64,000 nucleotides of DNA from Vulcanimicrobiota bacterium. GTDB taxonomy: Bacteria; Vulcanimicrobiota; Vulcanimicrobiia; Vulcanimicrobiales; Vulcanimicrobiaceae. Location: NCBI GenBank assembly GCA_963833095.1, contig CAWHWQ010000003.1:32001-96000 (forward strand). Direction: 5' to 3'. The first letter of the stretch is position 1. Every line of letters begins with the position of its first letter. This document shows, piece after piece, positions 1-11,800 of this stretch. The notes beneath the pieces are model-generated. The model did no database searches. It had not been told where the DNA came from and saw nothing but the letters and a program-made list of their open reading frames with translations. A program made the translations under genes and the position numbers.

Positions 1-85
1 GGCAACGCGCTGCTTGAAAATAACGATCTCGCTGACGCACGCGGCTCTACGAGCGCGCGCTTGAGATCGACCCGCTCGATCGAGG
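1..85 (+). pseudogene. Fragment of a TPR-repeat gene paralogous to 1875-3288 (runs off the window start)
   Basis: Reads GNALLENNDLADAR, then after a frame change YERALEIDP. This matches ANALLENNELAFSRDLYERALEVDP at about 2172-2246; similarity is lost after about 80. Confidence 0.6.
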
Positions 86-456
86 ATTGGCCAAGTACGA
101 CAAGTCACGCTCAATGTGACATCCATCGCGAAACGAAGGATATCGCCGAAAGTCACAAGGCAGACGGAACGGATGACGGTAGAGGGCACGATCTCGGAAC
201 TACGGTCACGTGAGATGGAGATACCCCACATGTGCATGTCGCAGCATCATGCGCCAATTGCATTAGCGCTGGCGATGTTTGCACTACACGATACGGGCGG
301 ACCTGGATGTTACGGCCCACATCCGGGATAGCCGTTAGCGAAGAGGCGGGTGGGTAGAGCTAGTTCGAAGTGATCGTAGCACTGGCCGGGGGCCGAAAAT
401 AGGTTCTGCCCTCGTGCTGGGGGACTGCTAAGGCCGTTCGCGGCATATAAGCGCTT

Positions 457-561
457 GTGCTTCCGGAATTTGGTAACCCGCACAAGCTGACCGAAATCGA
501 GAATCGGCTCGCGCCGGCCGGAAGAAAGGGAATGGTAGGTATTAAACTTGTCGTGACCTGA
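457..561 (+). pseudogene. Truncated N-terminal copy of the TPR/ATP-grasp gene
   Basis: GTG start gives VLPEFGNPHKLTEIENRLA versus MLPAFGNPHELTEIEQRLA at 1875. The frame then diverges and stops (TGA 559-561) inside the IS left end. Confidence 0.6.
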
Positions 562-1750
562 GGTGGCGTTTTACGCAGCTGATAACTGTGAGAGTTGGTT
601 GATTTTGAACTGCTCTGCGAACTCCCTTGGCGTTCGATAGCCGAGGGCTGAGTGCGGCCGAACGTCGTTGTAGTCTCGTTGCCAATCTGCGGCCTTCCGC
701 CGCGCTTCGAAGATCGTCATGAATCGATGCATATTGAACAGCTCGTCGCGGATTTTCCCGTTAAGCGACTCGATGTTCGCATTTTGCGTTGGCTTGCCAG
801 GCGCGATGAAGTGCAGCTTGATGTCGCGCTCCGCTCCCCAGCGCAGCATCGCGTGGCTCGTGAACTCGGATCCGTTATCGAACCGAATCGTTTCTGGAAA
901 ACCCCGCTCGAACGCAACCTCCTCGAGCTTACGGATGACGTCGTGGCTGCCGAACGAATAGCCGATCTCCAACGCAAGGCATTCCCGCGTGAAATCGTCG
1001 ACGATATTCATCGAACGGATGTTCCGGTAGTTTCCAATTCGGTCATGCATGAAATCGATCGACCAGCGTTCGTTCGGCCGCGTGACCGGCGCGATGCTAT
1101 TGCCGCGAACGAAGTTCACCTTGCGCTTGCGCCGAGGCCGCACTTGCAGGCCAAGATCGCGGTAAATGCGACGAAAGCGGTGTTCGCCAACGTCAATGCC
1201 TTGACGGCGGAGCATGATAATCAAGCGCCGCCATCCCCAACGAGGTCGCTCGTGCGCAAGATCGTTGATCGGTGTGGCGATCGCGGCTCTCGTCTTTCGG
1301 CTTTCGCGTGTAGTACAGCGTTCGTCGGCATTGCCCAACGAGTGCGCAGGCACGCACTTTCGAAACGCCATGCTCTTCCAACGCCCTCACGGCTTCTTTC
1401 CGCTGCGAGGGCCCCATCCGTTTTTTGAAATCAGGTCTCGCACGGCGTCGACTTCGAGCGTGAGTCGAGCGATGATCCGATCTTTCTTCGCGCTCTCTTC
1501 TTCGAGCTGCTTGAGTCGCGTGAGATCGCTGGTTTCCATGCCGGCGTACCGATCGCGCCAAAGCCGGATGGTATTTGCATGAATGCCGTTCTGTCGTGCA
1601 AGCTCGGCGACGGGAATCGCCCGCATCAAGCTCTTTGAGGACGGCTACGATTTGCGCCTCGGTGAAGCGACTTTTCTTCACGTGAATCTCCTTGGGCCAA
1701 AGGCCCGGGATTCACAGTTTCAACTTGAGCGACTTTGCCACCTCAGGTCA
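554..1750 (-). mobile_element. IS3-family insertion sequence (IS407-group-like), 1197 bp
   Basis: Terminal inverted repeats start TGACCTGAGGTGGC (14/14) and share an inner AACTGTGA box; TG...CA ends; contains orfA and orfB with a DDE domain. No flanking target duplication is visible. Confidence 0.92.
571..1681 (-). CDS. IS3-family transposase OrfA/OrfB
   Basis: OrfA begins MKKSRFTEAQIVAVLKE with an HTH (ELARQNGIHANTIRLWR). OrfB has WSIDFMHD, IVDDFTRECL, FDNGSEF, PGKPTQNANIESLNGKIRDE, YNDVRPHSALGYRTP. An A-run (TCAAAAAAC on the minus strand, about 1420-1428) sits at the A/B junction; extra indels are present. Confidence 0.92.
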
Positions 1751-1874
1751 AGAGCGCCACGATCGGAGGATATTAGCAGCCGGGCCTGCTGCATCGCTGA
1801 CACACCGCTCCGTTTCCACGCCTGTGTACCGCGTTTAGTCGGGGGAGTTCTGCGTCGGCGGCGTATAGAGCGGT

Positions 1875-3288
1875 ATGCTTCCGGCGTTCGGTAATCCACA
1901 CGAGCTGACCGAGATCGAGCAGCGGCTCGCTCTGACTCCTGATGAAGTTTCGCTGCTGTTTTCGCGTGCCTGCATACTCGATTTGCTCGGGCGCAATGAT
2001 GAGGCGAAAGATGCCTACATCGAGGTCATCAAGCGCGACGGCACGCACATCGGGGCCCTCGGAAACCTGGGAACGCTCCTCTATAACGCGGGCTATCGCA
2101 GTGCGGCACGGCTGACCTACAGCGAAGCGCTCAAACATCATCCGCGCGATCTGCGCACGCTGATCAATCTCGCCAATGCGCTGCTCGAAAACAATGAGCT
2201 CGCCTTCTCGCGGGATTTGTACGAGCGCGCGCTCGAGGTGGATCCGCAATCTTCGCCGGCCCATCAGGGGCTCAGCCACGTTCTCGGCCGGCTTGGCGAG
2301 CAGACGCTCGCAGACGAGCACCGTCGCGCCGGCTTCGAAGCGATGCCCGTCGTCATCAGTGCTTTTCGTGGTGAAGGGTCTACCGGTCTCACTGTTGCTC
2401 CTCGCCTCGGCCTTTCGTGGAAACGTTCCGGTAGACGCTCCGCTCGACGACCATACTTTCCTGACCATCAAATTGTTCACCGACTACTACGAAGCCGATC
2501 TCCCGCTGCCGCCACACGACGTGATTTTCAACGGCATCGGCGATGCGGATCTGTGCCGTTCGTCGCTCGAGGCCGCGCAGCAGTTGCTCGATGCAAACGA
2601 CGCGCACGCGATCAACGATCCGGCGAGTGTCTTGGGAACCGGCCGCGTCGCGATGGCGCAGCGCTTGACGGGCATCGAGGGATTGATCGTGCCGCACATC
2701 GAGGAAATCGACCGACAGGAACTTGATCGCGTTCAGCGCTTTCCAGTGTTGGTTCGGCCACCGGGTTATCACACCGGGGAATTCTTCGAGATGGCGCGCG
2801 ATCGCGATGAACTTGCGCGCGTGGCGGCGACGCTTCCCGGTGAACGCCTCCTTGCGATCGAGCTGCTCGACGCGCGCGGTGGCGACGGGCTCTATCGCAA
2901 GTACCGCCTGCTCTCGATCGGCGGAACCTTGTATCCCGTGCATCTGGCGCGCTCGTCGCAGTGGAAGGTGCATTACTTCTCCGCAGACCAGGTGCGCACG
3001 CCCGAAGCCATCGCGGAAGAAGAAGCGTTTCTCACCGATCCGCGTACGGCGATCGGCGAACGCGCGATGAACGCCATCGAGACGGCGGCGCAGCGAATCG
3101 GCCTGGAGTACTTTGGGATTGATTTCGCGCTCGACCCGCAGGGGAGCGCGCTCTTCTTCGAGGCCAACGCGACAATGCGCGCGGTGGTGCCGGGACCCGA
3201 CGATCTGTCGATCGCCCGCCGCCGTGCGGCTGTCGCGGCCAATGCGGGCTTGCGTGATCTGGTGTTGCGCGCGGCGCGCGCAGACTAA
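1875..3288 (+). CDS. TPR-repeat protein with C-terminal ATP-grasp-like domain (one frameshift near 2380)
   Basis: N-terminal TPR repeats (ALGNLGTLLY, LINLANALLE, AHQGLSHVL). C-terminal PVLVRPPGYHTG, YRKYR and YFGIDF...FFEANATM resemble RimK-like ATP-grasp motifs. Confidence 0.7.
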
Positions 3289-3581
3289 CGAACCAGCTTG
3301 AGGTGGCCGGTCGCGTAGATGCGCACGTGCGAATCGAAGCGGTGGCTCTTGCCGTCGATACCTTTGACGTGCGAGCGCACCGAGTAATCGACGCTCCCGT
3401 CGTGATGATTGCGCGACATGCCGAGAAAATGCATCAGCGGATGGCCGTTGCGCAGTTCGACCCGCTTGTGGGTGACGAGGAAGTGGGCGATCTTCTCCTG
3501 GACCTCAGGAGCCGGATGAAGTACCGGCATCACTGGAGCCGGGTCAGTCTTGAGTGACGCTTTTCCCTTGAACCAGGACAT
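3285..3581 (-). CDS. Small His-rich hypothetical protein (paralogue of 3728-4018)
   Basis: 98-aa ORF with an AGGAGG RBS upstream; shares WF, LMH, DGSVDY and the C-terminal VR...LKL[VI]R with its neighbour. Confidence 0.75.
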   Translation of the reverse strand: MSWFKGKASLKTDPAPVMPVLHPAPEVQEKIAHFLVTHKRVELRNGHPLMHFLGMSRNHHDGSVDYSVRSHVKGIDGKSHRFDSHVRIYATGHLKLVR

Positions 3582-3727
3582 GCCGTTCCTCCTGTCCCTT
3601 TACAATAGCGGTAAAGCGTCCCAAAAGAGTCCGCAATGACGGGTTTCTGCGTTAAGTCGCGGTCAAGTCCGGGCGATCTTTACCATCCCGGCACCACAAG
3701 ACGCGCCGTACTTGAAATAATAGGCGT

Positions 3728-4018
3728 GTGAATCAGTGGTTTTCGAAGCAGTCCACCGCGCCGGCAAAAAGCCCAGCGGTCCCCGCGCATCCGCCGCTCA
3801 ATCTCGAGCACGCGATCAGCGTTCTGCTTTGTCAGCACGGGCGGCTCGAACAGCGCGCCGGACGTCACCTGATGCACTGGGCGGCAACCACCAAGAACGC
3901 CGATGGAAGCGTGGACTATTTAGTCCGCACCCGCGTGCACACCACGCACGGCATGGAACGCAATTTCGAATCCTGCGTGCGCGTCCTCGCTAACCGCACC
4001 CTCAAACTGATTCGCTAG
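3728..4018 (+). CDS. Small hypothetical protein (paralogue of 3285-3581)
   Basis: 96-aa ORF, divergently transcribed, collinear similarity to its neighbour. Confidence 0.72.
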   Translation: MNQWFSKQSTAPAKSPAVPAHPPLNLEHAISVLLCQHGRLEQRAGRHLMHWAATTKNADGSVDYLVRTRVHTTHGMERNFESCVRVLANRTLKLIR

Positions 4019-4967
4019 CTGATCAGCTCGCGCTCCACCATCACGGTGCGCGGATCGATCAGATGCTTGTTAAGCCCGAGCATATCGGCCGGCACGCCCA
4101 GCGCGAACGCGACCAGTTGCGGAAGATGGAACGTCGGCAGATCGGTGCGGCCCCAGCGCGCGGCCGAATCTTGCTGGTAGCCGTCGAGCGCGAGATGGCA
4201 CAGCGGGCACGGCGTGAGCACGGCCTCGGCGCCATGATCCTTGGCCATGCGCATGTTCTGTCCGACCATGTTGGCGGCGACGTCGTCTTTTTCGAGCTGG
4301 ATGTGGAAGCCGCAGCAGCGCGTCTTGCCGGCGTAGTCGATCGCTTCGCCGCCGATCGCGGCGATGATGTCTTCGAGCGAGTGCGGGTTGCGCGCCGACT
4401 CCCAGCCGTTGACGCTTTCCGGGCGGATGATGTGGCAGCCGTAGAACGGCGCGACTTTGAGGCCGTTGAGCGGGCGCACGACCATCGAGCTGAGCTTGTC
4501 GAGGCCGATGTCGTCGATCAAGCAGCCAGAGCAGGTGGCGAACCGTCACGTTGCCCGAGTACTTGGCGCCGAATTTGCCGAGGATCGAGTTGGCTTGCGC
4601 CATGTGCTCTTCGCTCTCGAGCAGTTCTTTGTTGGCGGCGCGCATGTGGCCCGGTGCAGGTCGAGCAGATCGTGATCACGTCGTCGAGGCCGAGCGCTTC
4701 GGCTTGCGCGTACGTGCGGGCGTTGAGCACGCGCGCCACGTCGCGGTTGACGTCGTTGACGACCGAGGCGCCGCAGCACGACGCCGCGGTGAGTTCGATC
4801 AGCTCGATGCCGAGCTTTTCGGCCAGAAGCATCGTCGAGTTGAAGAGTTCTTTGCACGACTCTTTGGCGACGCAGCCGGGGAAGAAGCCGTAGCGCTTGG
4901 ACTCGCGCGAGCGTGTCTTCTTGTGCGAATCGAGGGCCTGCTCTTCGGGAAGAAGTGTCGTTGACAT
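4015..4967 (-). CDS. CCG-domain (HdrB-like) anchor subunit of succinate dehydrogenase/fumarate reductase (frameshifted)
   Basis: FFPGC, ASCCGAS, TICSTC, FYGCH, TRCCGFH and TPCPLCH motifs; directly downstream of sdhB. Confidence 0.85.
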
Positions 4968-4970
4968 GAG

Positions 4971-5969
4971 TTAAACCGGGACCTCCAGGGACTCGAAAAT
5001 AGTGCGGACTTCGTCGACTTTCGGAATCGGCTTCTGCGAGGGAAGCCCCAACATGGGAGCGGTTCCGCCGACGGCCATCTCAGCCGGCGTCAGCTTGCCG
5101 CGGGCGACCATGCGCAAGCCGAGCGGGGCGACTTTGAGCAGACCGCGGACGTTGAAGCGGCCGACGGTGCCTTGGATGACTTCGGTTTCGGCCAGCATGC
5201 CGGTTTGCTTGATCGTCTTCGACACGACCAGCGCGTGGCGCGGACCGCGCTCGTTCATCATCACCTTGTCGCTGATCGCCGCGCGCTTCACGTCGATGAT
5301 GCGATCGTTGGGATCGACGTGCTTCGGGCAGTACGAGCACGCGTAGCAGTGCGCGCACAGCCACAGGTAGTCTTCGCTGATCTGCGCGATGCGTTCTTTG
5401 CGTTGGCCGTCGCGCACGTCTTCGATGAAGCGGTAGGCGTACGCGATCGCGGCCGGGCCGGCGAACGCCGGATCGACGCTGACGACCGGGCAGAGCGCGT
5501 AGCACGTCGCGCACATCACGCAGTTCGCCACCTCGACGAGCTTCTTCATGTCTTCGGGCGAAACGCGGCGTTCGGTCGGATGATCGGCATCCGCATCCTT
5601 GGGTTGCAGATATGGCTTGAGACGTGAGTACTTGTCCCAGAACGGGTCCATGTGCACGACCAGGTCTTTCATCGGCTGGAAGTTCGGCATCGGATCGACC
5701 GTGATCGAACTGTCGGCCTTGATGACGTCCTTGCAGTGGGTCTTGCACGCAAGCCCCGTGATGCCGTTGATGTTCATCGAACACGAGCCGCAGATCGCCG
5801 AGCGGCACGAGCGGCGGAAGCTGATCGAACCGTCGACTTCGGCCTTGGCCGTCTCGAGCGCGTCGAGCACGGTCGTCGTCTCGGGAACGTCGACTTCGAC
5901 GTGATCGCGATGCGGAACGGTGTCGACGGCTTCGTCGAAGCGGAAGAGATCGAGTTTGATCTTCGCCAT
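4971..5969 (-). CDS. sdhB: Succinate dehydrogenase/fumarate reductase iron-sulfur subunit
   Basis: SCRSAICGSC...LAC (2Fe-2S), CVMCATCYALCP and CAHCYACSYCP motifs; long C-terminal extension. Confidence 0.92.
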   Translation of the reverse strand: MAKIKLDLFRFDEAVDTVPHRDHVEVDVPETTTVLDALETAKAEVDGSISFRRSCRSAICGSCSMNINGITGLACKTHCKDVIKADSSITVDPMPNFQPMKDLVVHMDPFWDKYSRLKPYLQPKDADADHPTERRVSPEDMKKLVEVANCVMCATCYALCPVVSVDPAFAGPAAIAYAYRFIEDVRDGQRKERIAQISEDYLWLCAHCYACSYCPKHVDPNDRIIDVKRAAISDKVMMNERGPRHALVVSKTIKQTGMLAETEVIQGTVGRFNVRGLLKVAPLGLRMVARGKLTPAEMAVGGTAPMLGLPSQKPIPKVDEVRTIFESLEVPV

Positions 5970-5970
5970 G

Positions 5971-7656
5971 TTAGTAGGTTCTCACTTCGGGTTCGAACTT
6001 GGTGATGGTGACGCCGCGCGAGTAGTCGAGACGCGGCGACCCGTCGGCTTGTCGCCACGCGAGCGTGTGCTTCATCCAGTTCGCGTCGTCGCGTTCGGGG
6101 AAGTCGGTGCGCGCCTGCGCGCCGCGCGACTCCGTGCGCTCGAGCGCGCCCTTGGCCAGCGCCAACGCGGCGTCGATGAGGAAGTCGGTTTCGAACGTCG
6201 AGACCAGATCGGTGTTGAACGTCTTGGATTTGTCCATCACGTACACGTTCGCGTCGAACTCTTTGCGCACGCGATCGAGATCTTGCACGGCTTTGGCGAG
6301 GCCCGTCTCGTCGCGGAAGATGAAGGTGTTTTCGCTCATCGTTTCGTTCATCGCGTGGCGCAGCTTCGGCGCGCGCTTGCCGCTGGTGCGCGCGAGCAGG
6401 CCGCGAACGCGGTCTTGCTCGGCTTGAGCGTCTTGTCCGAAGGCGTAACGTCGCCGACCTTCTTGATGTACTCGACCGCGTGTTTGGCCGCGCGCGCTCC
6501 GAAGACGATCGTCTCGAGCAGCGAGTTGCCGCCCAGGCGATTGGCGCCGTGGACGCTGACGCACGCGCATTCGCCGGCCGCGTAGACGCCGGGAACGCGC
6601 GTCGCGCCCCACTTGTCGGTCTCGATGCCGCCCATCGTGTAGTGCGCGCCGGGCAGAATCGGGATCGGCTCGTTGACCGCGTCTTTGCCGGTCGCGTCGA
6701 GCGCGAGTTCGCGAATCTGCGGCAGGCGTTCGAGAATCTTTTCGCGCCCGAGGTGGCGCATGTCGAGCAGCACGCAGCCGTCGACGCCGCGGCCTTCGAG
6801 AATCTCGGTCCACTCGGCGCGCGAGACGACGTCGCGCGAGGCGAGTTCGCCCTTGTTCGGCGCGTACTTGAACATGAAGCGTTCGCCCGCGGCATTGAGC
6901 AGATAGGCGCCTTCGCCGCGCGCGCCTTCGGTCATCAGCACGCCGTTTTCTTTGAGCGTCGTGGGATGGAACTGCATGAACTCCATGTCCATCAGCGGGA
7001 TGCCGGCCTTGTACGCGATGCCCATGCCGTCGGCGGTCGAGGCGTAGCCGTTGGTCGTCTTGAGATACATGCGTCCGGCGCCGCCGGTCGCGAAGATCGT
7101 CGCCTTCGCGGCGATCAGTTCGAGCTCGCCGTTGCGCATGTTGTAGGCGACCACGCCGGTACCGATCCCGTCGTCGATCGCAAGCGCGGTGCAGAAATAC
7201 TCTTCGTAGACTTTGACGCCGAAGCGTTCGAGCTGCTCCCACAGCGTGTGCAGAATCACCAGGCCGGTAACGTCGGCCGAGTAGCACGTGCGCGGGGTGC
7301 CGGCGCCGCCGAAGGGGCGCTGCGCGATGCGGCCGTCGGGCATGCGCGAGAAGATGCAGCCGCGATGTTCGAGCCAGATGATTTGGTGCGGGCGCATCTT
7401 CGCACATCGCTTCGATCGCGTCTTGGTCGCCGAGATAATCGGAGCCCTTGACGGTATCGAAGGCGTGCGCTTGCGGCGAATCTTCCTCGCGGTTGCCGAG
7501 GGCGGCATTGATACCGCCTTGCGCGGCGCCGGAGTGGCTGCGCACCGGATGCATTTTGGAAACGATGGCGACATCGGCACCGCCTTCGGCAGCTTCCACT
7601 GCCGCGCGCATGCCTGCCAGACCGCCGCCGATGACGACGACGTCGTGCTTGATCAT
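5971..7656 (-). CDS. sdhA: Succinate dehydrogenase/fumarate reductase flavoprotein subunit (frameshifted)
   Basis: [18 protein letters not shown] (FAD-attachment His), [35 protein letters not shown] motifs. Confidence 0.95.
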   Translation of the reverse strand: MIKHDVVVIGGGLAGMRAAVEAAEGGADVAIVSKMHPVRSHSGAAQGGINAALGNREEDSPQAHAFDTVKGSDYLGDQDAIEAMCEDAPAPNHLARTSRLHLLAHARRPHRAAPLRRRRHPAHVLLGRRYRPGDSAHAVGAARTLRRQSLRRVFLHRACDRRRDRYRRGRLQHAQRRARTDRREGDDLRDRRRRTHVSQDDQRLRLDRRRHGHRVQGRHPADGHGVHAVPSHDAQRKRRADDRRRARRRRLSAQCRGRTLHVQVRAEQGRTRLARRRLARRVDRDSRRPRRRRLRAARHAPPRARKDSRTPAADSRTRARRDRQRRGQRADPDSARRALHDGRHRDRQVGRDARSRRLRGRRMRVRQRPRRQSPGRQLAARDDRLRSARGQTRGRVHQEGRRRYAFGQDAQAEQDRVRGLLARTSGKRAPKLRHAMNETMSENTFIFRDETGLAKAVQDLDRVRKEFDANVYVMDKSKTFNTDLVSTFETDFLIDAALALAKGALERTESRGAQARTDFPERDDANWMKHTLAWRQADGSPRLDYSRGVTITKFEPEVRTY

Positions 7657-7699
7657 TGCTTCTTTATACTATCCGGCATGGAGGGGGGTCCCATGACTA

Positions 7700-8838
7700 T
7701 TATCGTGCGGGAGGCTCCTCGCCCTTGGAAGGCTCCTCGCCTTTGGTCCGGGAGTAGAAGCGGTACTGGTTCTTGCCCGCTTGCTTGGCCTCATAAAGGG
7801 CCTCGTCGGCGGCGAAAAAGAGGGTCTGGCCGTCGGTCCCGTCGTTGGGGAACATCGCGACCCCGATCGAGCTGGCCAGGCCGTTGCGGCGCAGCGCCGC
7901 CATGATGCGCTCGACGCCCCGGGCCGTCTGCTCCCTGTCGCTCTGGGCCATGACCATCACGAACTCGTCGCCGGCATAGCGGGCGATGATGTCGCCCTTG
8001 CGGGCGTTCTTCTTGAGCACCTGGGCGAAGCGCTTGAGCGCCAGGTCGCCCAGGCTGTGGCCGCCGGAGTCGTTGATCTTTTTGAGGTCGTCCAGGTCCA
8101 GGATGACGAAGGCAAAGGGCGTGTCGTAGCGCTCGGAGGTGTGCAGCTCGCGCTCGAGCAGCTCGTTCAGCGCCCGCCGGTTCGGGATACCGGTCAAGCT
8201 GTCGGTGTGGGCCAGGCGCTGCGTCTCTTCGAGCAGCCGGCGCGTCTCTTCGTAGAGCCGCGCGTTCTCAACCGCGATCGCGGCTTGCGAAGCAAAGTCG
8301 AGTATTACGCGGAGTTGATTCTCGGTGATTTCGTTGCCCGGCGGATCGTCGGCGTAGAGCATGCCGCGCACGACGTCGCGCGCGACCAGCGGGGCGACGC
8401 AGAACGAGCCGCGCGATCTTCCAGCGGCGAGTCGGGGTCGTCGTGGGTGCCGTATGCGAGCTGCAGGTTGCCGTGTGAGACGTCGGCGAGCGCCGAATCG
8501 GGCCGGAACTCGTGCGGGTCAACGGCGTGATTCACGGTGCCGTTGTCGTCGCACTCGAGCCGGCGAATGATCGTATCGTCCTCGACGACGTCGAAGAGCA
8601 TGACCCGCTTGAACTTGAGCGCCTCGACCACGCCGCGCAAGACCATCGAGAGGATGTCGTTGATCTCGAGGGTCGAGTTGATCGTGGAAAAGACCTGTTG
8701 CAGAACGAAGAGTTCGGCGTTCTGTTGTGCGTACTCGTCCCGCTCGGCCTCGAGGATCGCGATGCGACCGCGCAGCCGCTCGAGCTCGTCAAGGAGTTCG
8801 GCGGCGTCCGGAGGGCCTGCGGACAGGTTGGGGCTCAT
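7700..8838 (-). CDS. Coiled-coil/GAF + GGDEF diguanylate cyclase (frameshift near 8400)
   Basis: FASQAAIAVENARLY (GAF end), DSLTGIPNRR, DLDDLKKIND, RKGD I-site, RYAGDEF variant active site, ADEALYEAK. Confidence 0.88.
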
Positions 8839-8891
8839 CGTTTAAGGTAACGTCTAGCTTTCCGGTATTCTTTAGGTCAGGCTACAAAGAT

Positions 8892-11800
8892 TTGCAACAG
8901 TTCGTCCATCTTCACGTCCACTCGGAGTATTCGCTGCTGGACGGGGCCTGCCGGGTCGACCGCCTCTGCCGGAAGACCGCCGAGGGAGGCGCCCCGGCCG
9001 TCGCCCTGACCGACCACGGCGTGATGTACGGGGCGATGGAGTTCTACTACGCCGCCCGGGACACCAGCCTGACCCCGATCATCGGCTGCGAGGCCTACAT
9101 CGCCCCGCGCGGCCGCTTCGACCGGACCGTGCGCGAAGAGGCCCACGTGACGCTGCTGGCGGCCGACCTGATCGGCTACCGCAACCTCACCGCGCTGATC
9201 TCCAAGGGCTTTCTCGAAGGCTACTATTACAAGCCGCGCATCGACCTGGATCTCCTGGCGCAGCACCACGACGGCTTGATCGTGCTCTCGGGCTGCATGT
9301 CGGGCATGGTCGCCGCGCCGCTGCTCAAAAACGACTACGAGACCGCGGTCAAAAACGCCAAGACCTACGTCGACATCTTCGGCGACCGGTTCTACATCGA
9401 AGTCATGCGCCACGGCATGCCCGAAGAAGACGTGATCAACACGGGCTTGGTGAAAGTGGCGCGCGAACTGGGTGTGCCGATCGTCGCGACCAACGATTCG
9501 CACTATCTCGATCAACGCGACGCGCCGGCGCACGACGTGCTGCTGTGCATCGGCACCGGCAAGACCGTCTCGGATACCAGCCGGATGAAATTCTACTCCG
9601 ACCAGTTCTACGTCAAGTCGGCAGAAGAGATGTACGAGCTGTGGAGCGATCTTCCCGAAGCGTGCGAAAACACGGTCAAGATCGCCAACCGCATCGACAT
9701 CAAGATTCCCGAAAAGATCTTCCACCTGCCGCAGTTTCCCGTGCCGCAAGAAACGTCCAGCGCACCCGAACGCAGTGCCGAAGAATACTTGCGCGAGATT
9801 TGCGAAGCGGGGCTGATCGATCGTTATGGCGCCGAGCGCGCGGCGAACGACGCGGCCCTGCGCAAGCGCCTGGACTACGAGCTCAACGTCATCAACACGA
9901 TGGGCTTCGCCTCGTACTTTCTCATCGTGTGGGATTTCATCAAGTACGCGCGCGATCACGATATTCCGGTCGGTCCAGGCCGCGGTTCGGCGGTCGGTTC
10001 GGTGGTGTCGTATTGCCTGAAGATCACCGATCTCGACCCGCTCAAGTTCAATCTGTTCTTCGAGCGCTTCTTGAACCCCGATCGCATCTCGATGCCCGAT
10101 ATCGATACCGATTTTTGCGTCGATCGGCGCGACGAAGTGATCGCCTACGTCACCGAAAAGTACGGCAAGGATCGCGTCGCGCAAATCGTGACCTTCGGCA
10201 CGATGGCCGCGCGCGCGGCCGTGCGCGATGCGGGCCGGGCGCTGGGCGTGCCGCTGCCCGATGTCGATAAGGTCGCGAAGATGATTCCCTCGGGTCCGGG
10301 CGGCCTCTCGATCGAGGAAGCGCTCGAGCAGATTCCCGAACTGAAGATGGCCTCGGCGAGCAGCCCGCAGATTCGCAAACTGCTCGACACGGCCAAAGAC
10401 ATCGAGGGCTTGGCGCGCAACGCCGGCACGCACGCGGCGGGCGTCGTGATCTCGGCTGGGCCGCTGATCGACTACGCGCCGCTGGTGAAATTCAACGACG
10501 GCGGCGTCAACACGCAATTCGACATGATCTGGGTCGAGAAGATCGGCCTGCTCAAGATGGATTTCTTGGGCCTGCGCAACCTCACCGTGATGAATAGCGC
10601 GGTCGATGAAATCCGGCGCACCGTCGATGCCGCGTTCGAACTGGCCAAGATCCCCGACGACGACAAGCGGACCTACGAGATGCTCAGCCGCGGCGACACG
10701 ATGGGCGTCTTCCAATTCGAGTCCGACGGGATGAAGCGCGTCTGCACCGAGCTCAAGCCCTCGCGTTTCGAAGACATCATCGCGCTCGTTGCGCTGTATC
10801 GTCCCGGGCCGATGGAATGGATTCCGCAGTACATCAGCAACAAACACGGTCGCACGAAACCGAAGTATCTGCACCCCAAACTCGAGCCGATTCTCGCGGA
10901 AACGTACGGCGTGGCAGTTTACCAAGAGCAGGTCATGCAGATCGCGCGCGATATCGCCGGCTTTACGATGGGGGAAGCCGACGAGTTGCGCAAAGTCATG
11001 GGGAAGAAGCAGAAAGACAAGATTCCCGAGTACCGCGAGAAGTTCATCGAGGGCGCCAAGGTCGACGTCGGATATCAATCGCGATCTCGCCGACAAGATC
11101 TTCGCCTTCATCGAGCCGTTCGCGGGCTACGGCTTCAACAAGTCGCACGCGGCCGCGTACGCTTGGATCAGCCTATCAGACCGCGTATCTCAAAGCCAAT
11201 CATCCGCTGCAATACCTGTCGGCGCTGATGACCTCGGTCAAAGACAAGACCGATAAGCTGGTCGAGTACATCGACGAAGCCAAGAAGATGGGCATCACGG
11301 TGTTGCCGCCCGACATCAACGAGTCGCTGATCGACTTTGCGGTGGTCGGGGATCGCATTCGCTTCGGTCTTGCGGCGGTCAAGGGCGTCGGCGAAGGCGC
11401 GGTGCGCAGCATCATCGAGACGCGCGAGGCCGACGGAAAGTTCACCGATCTCTTCGATCTTGCCAAGCGCGTCGATGCAAAACAAGTGAACCGGCGCGTC
11501 TTTGAGGCGTTGATCAAGTGCGGTGCGCTCGACGAACTGACGGGAAACCGCGCGCAAAATCTGGCTGCGCTCGACGTGGCGCTGGATTTGGCCGCGCACG
11601 CGACCCGCGAAAAGGAGCTCGGACAGGTCTCGCTCTTCGGTGACGCATCGGAGCATGCGCCGTCGCTGACGCCGACGTTGCCCATGATCTCCGCGCCGAC
11701 GACGCGCGAGATGCTTGGCGTGGGAGAAGGAGACGCTCGGGATCTTCGTCTCCGGGCATCCGCTCGCCGACGTCCAAGGTCTGCTGGTGCGCGGCGGAGC

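Noticed and set aside
116..331. 71-aa ORF
   Set aside because: No recognisable motif or RBS; it lies in decayed sequence between gene relics.
8877..11111. 744-aa antisense ORF and similar long shadow ORFs elsewhere
   Set aside because: These are antisense shadows of high-GC genes with biased codon usage and show no protein-family signal.
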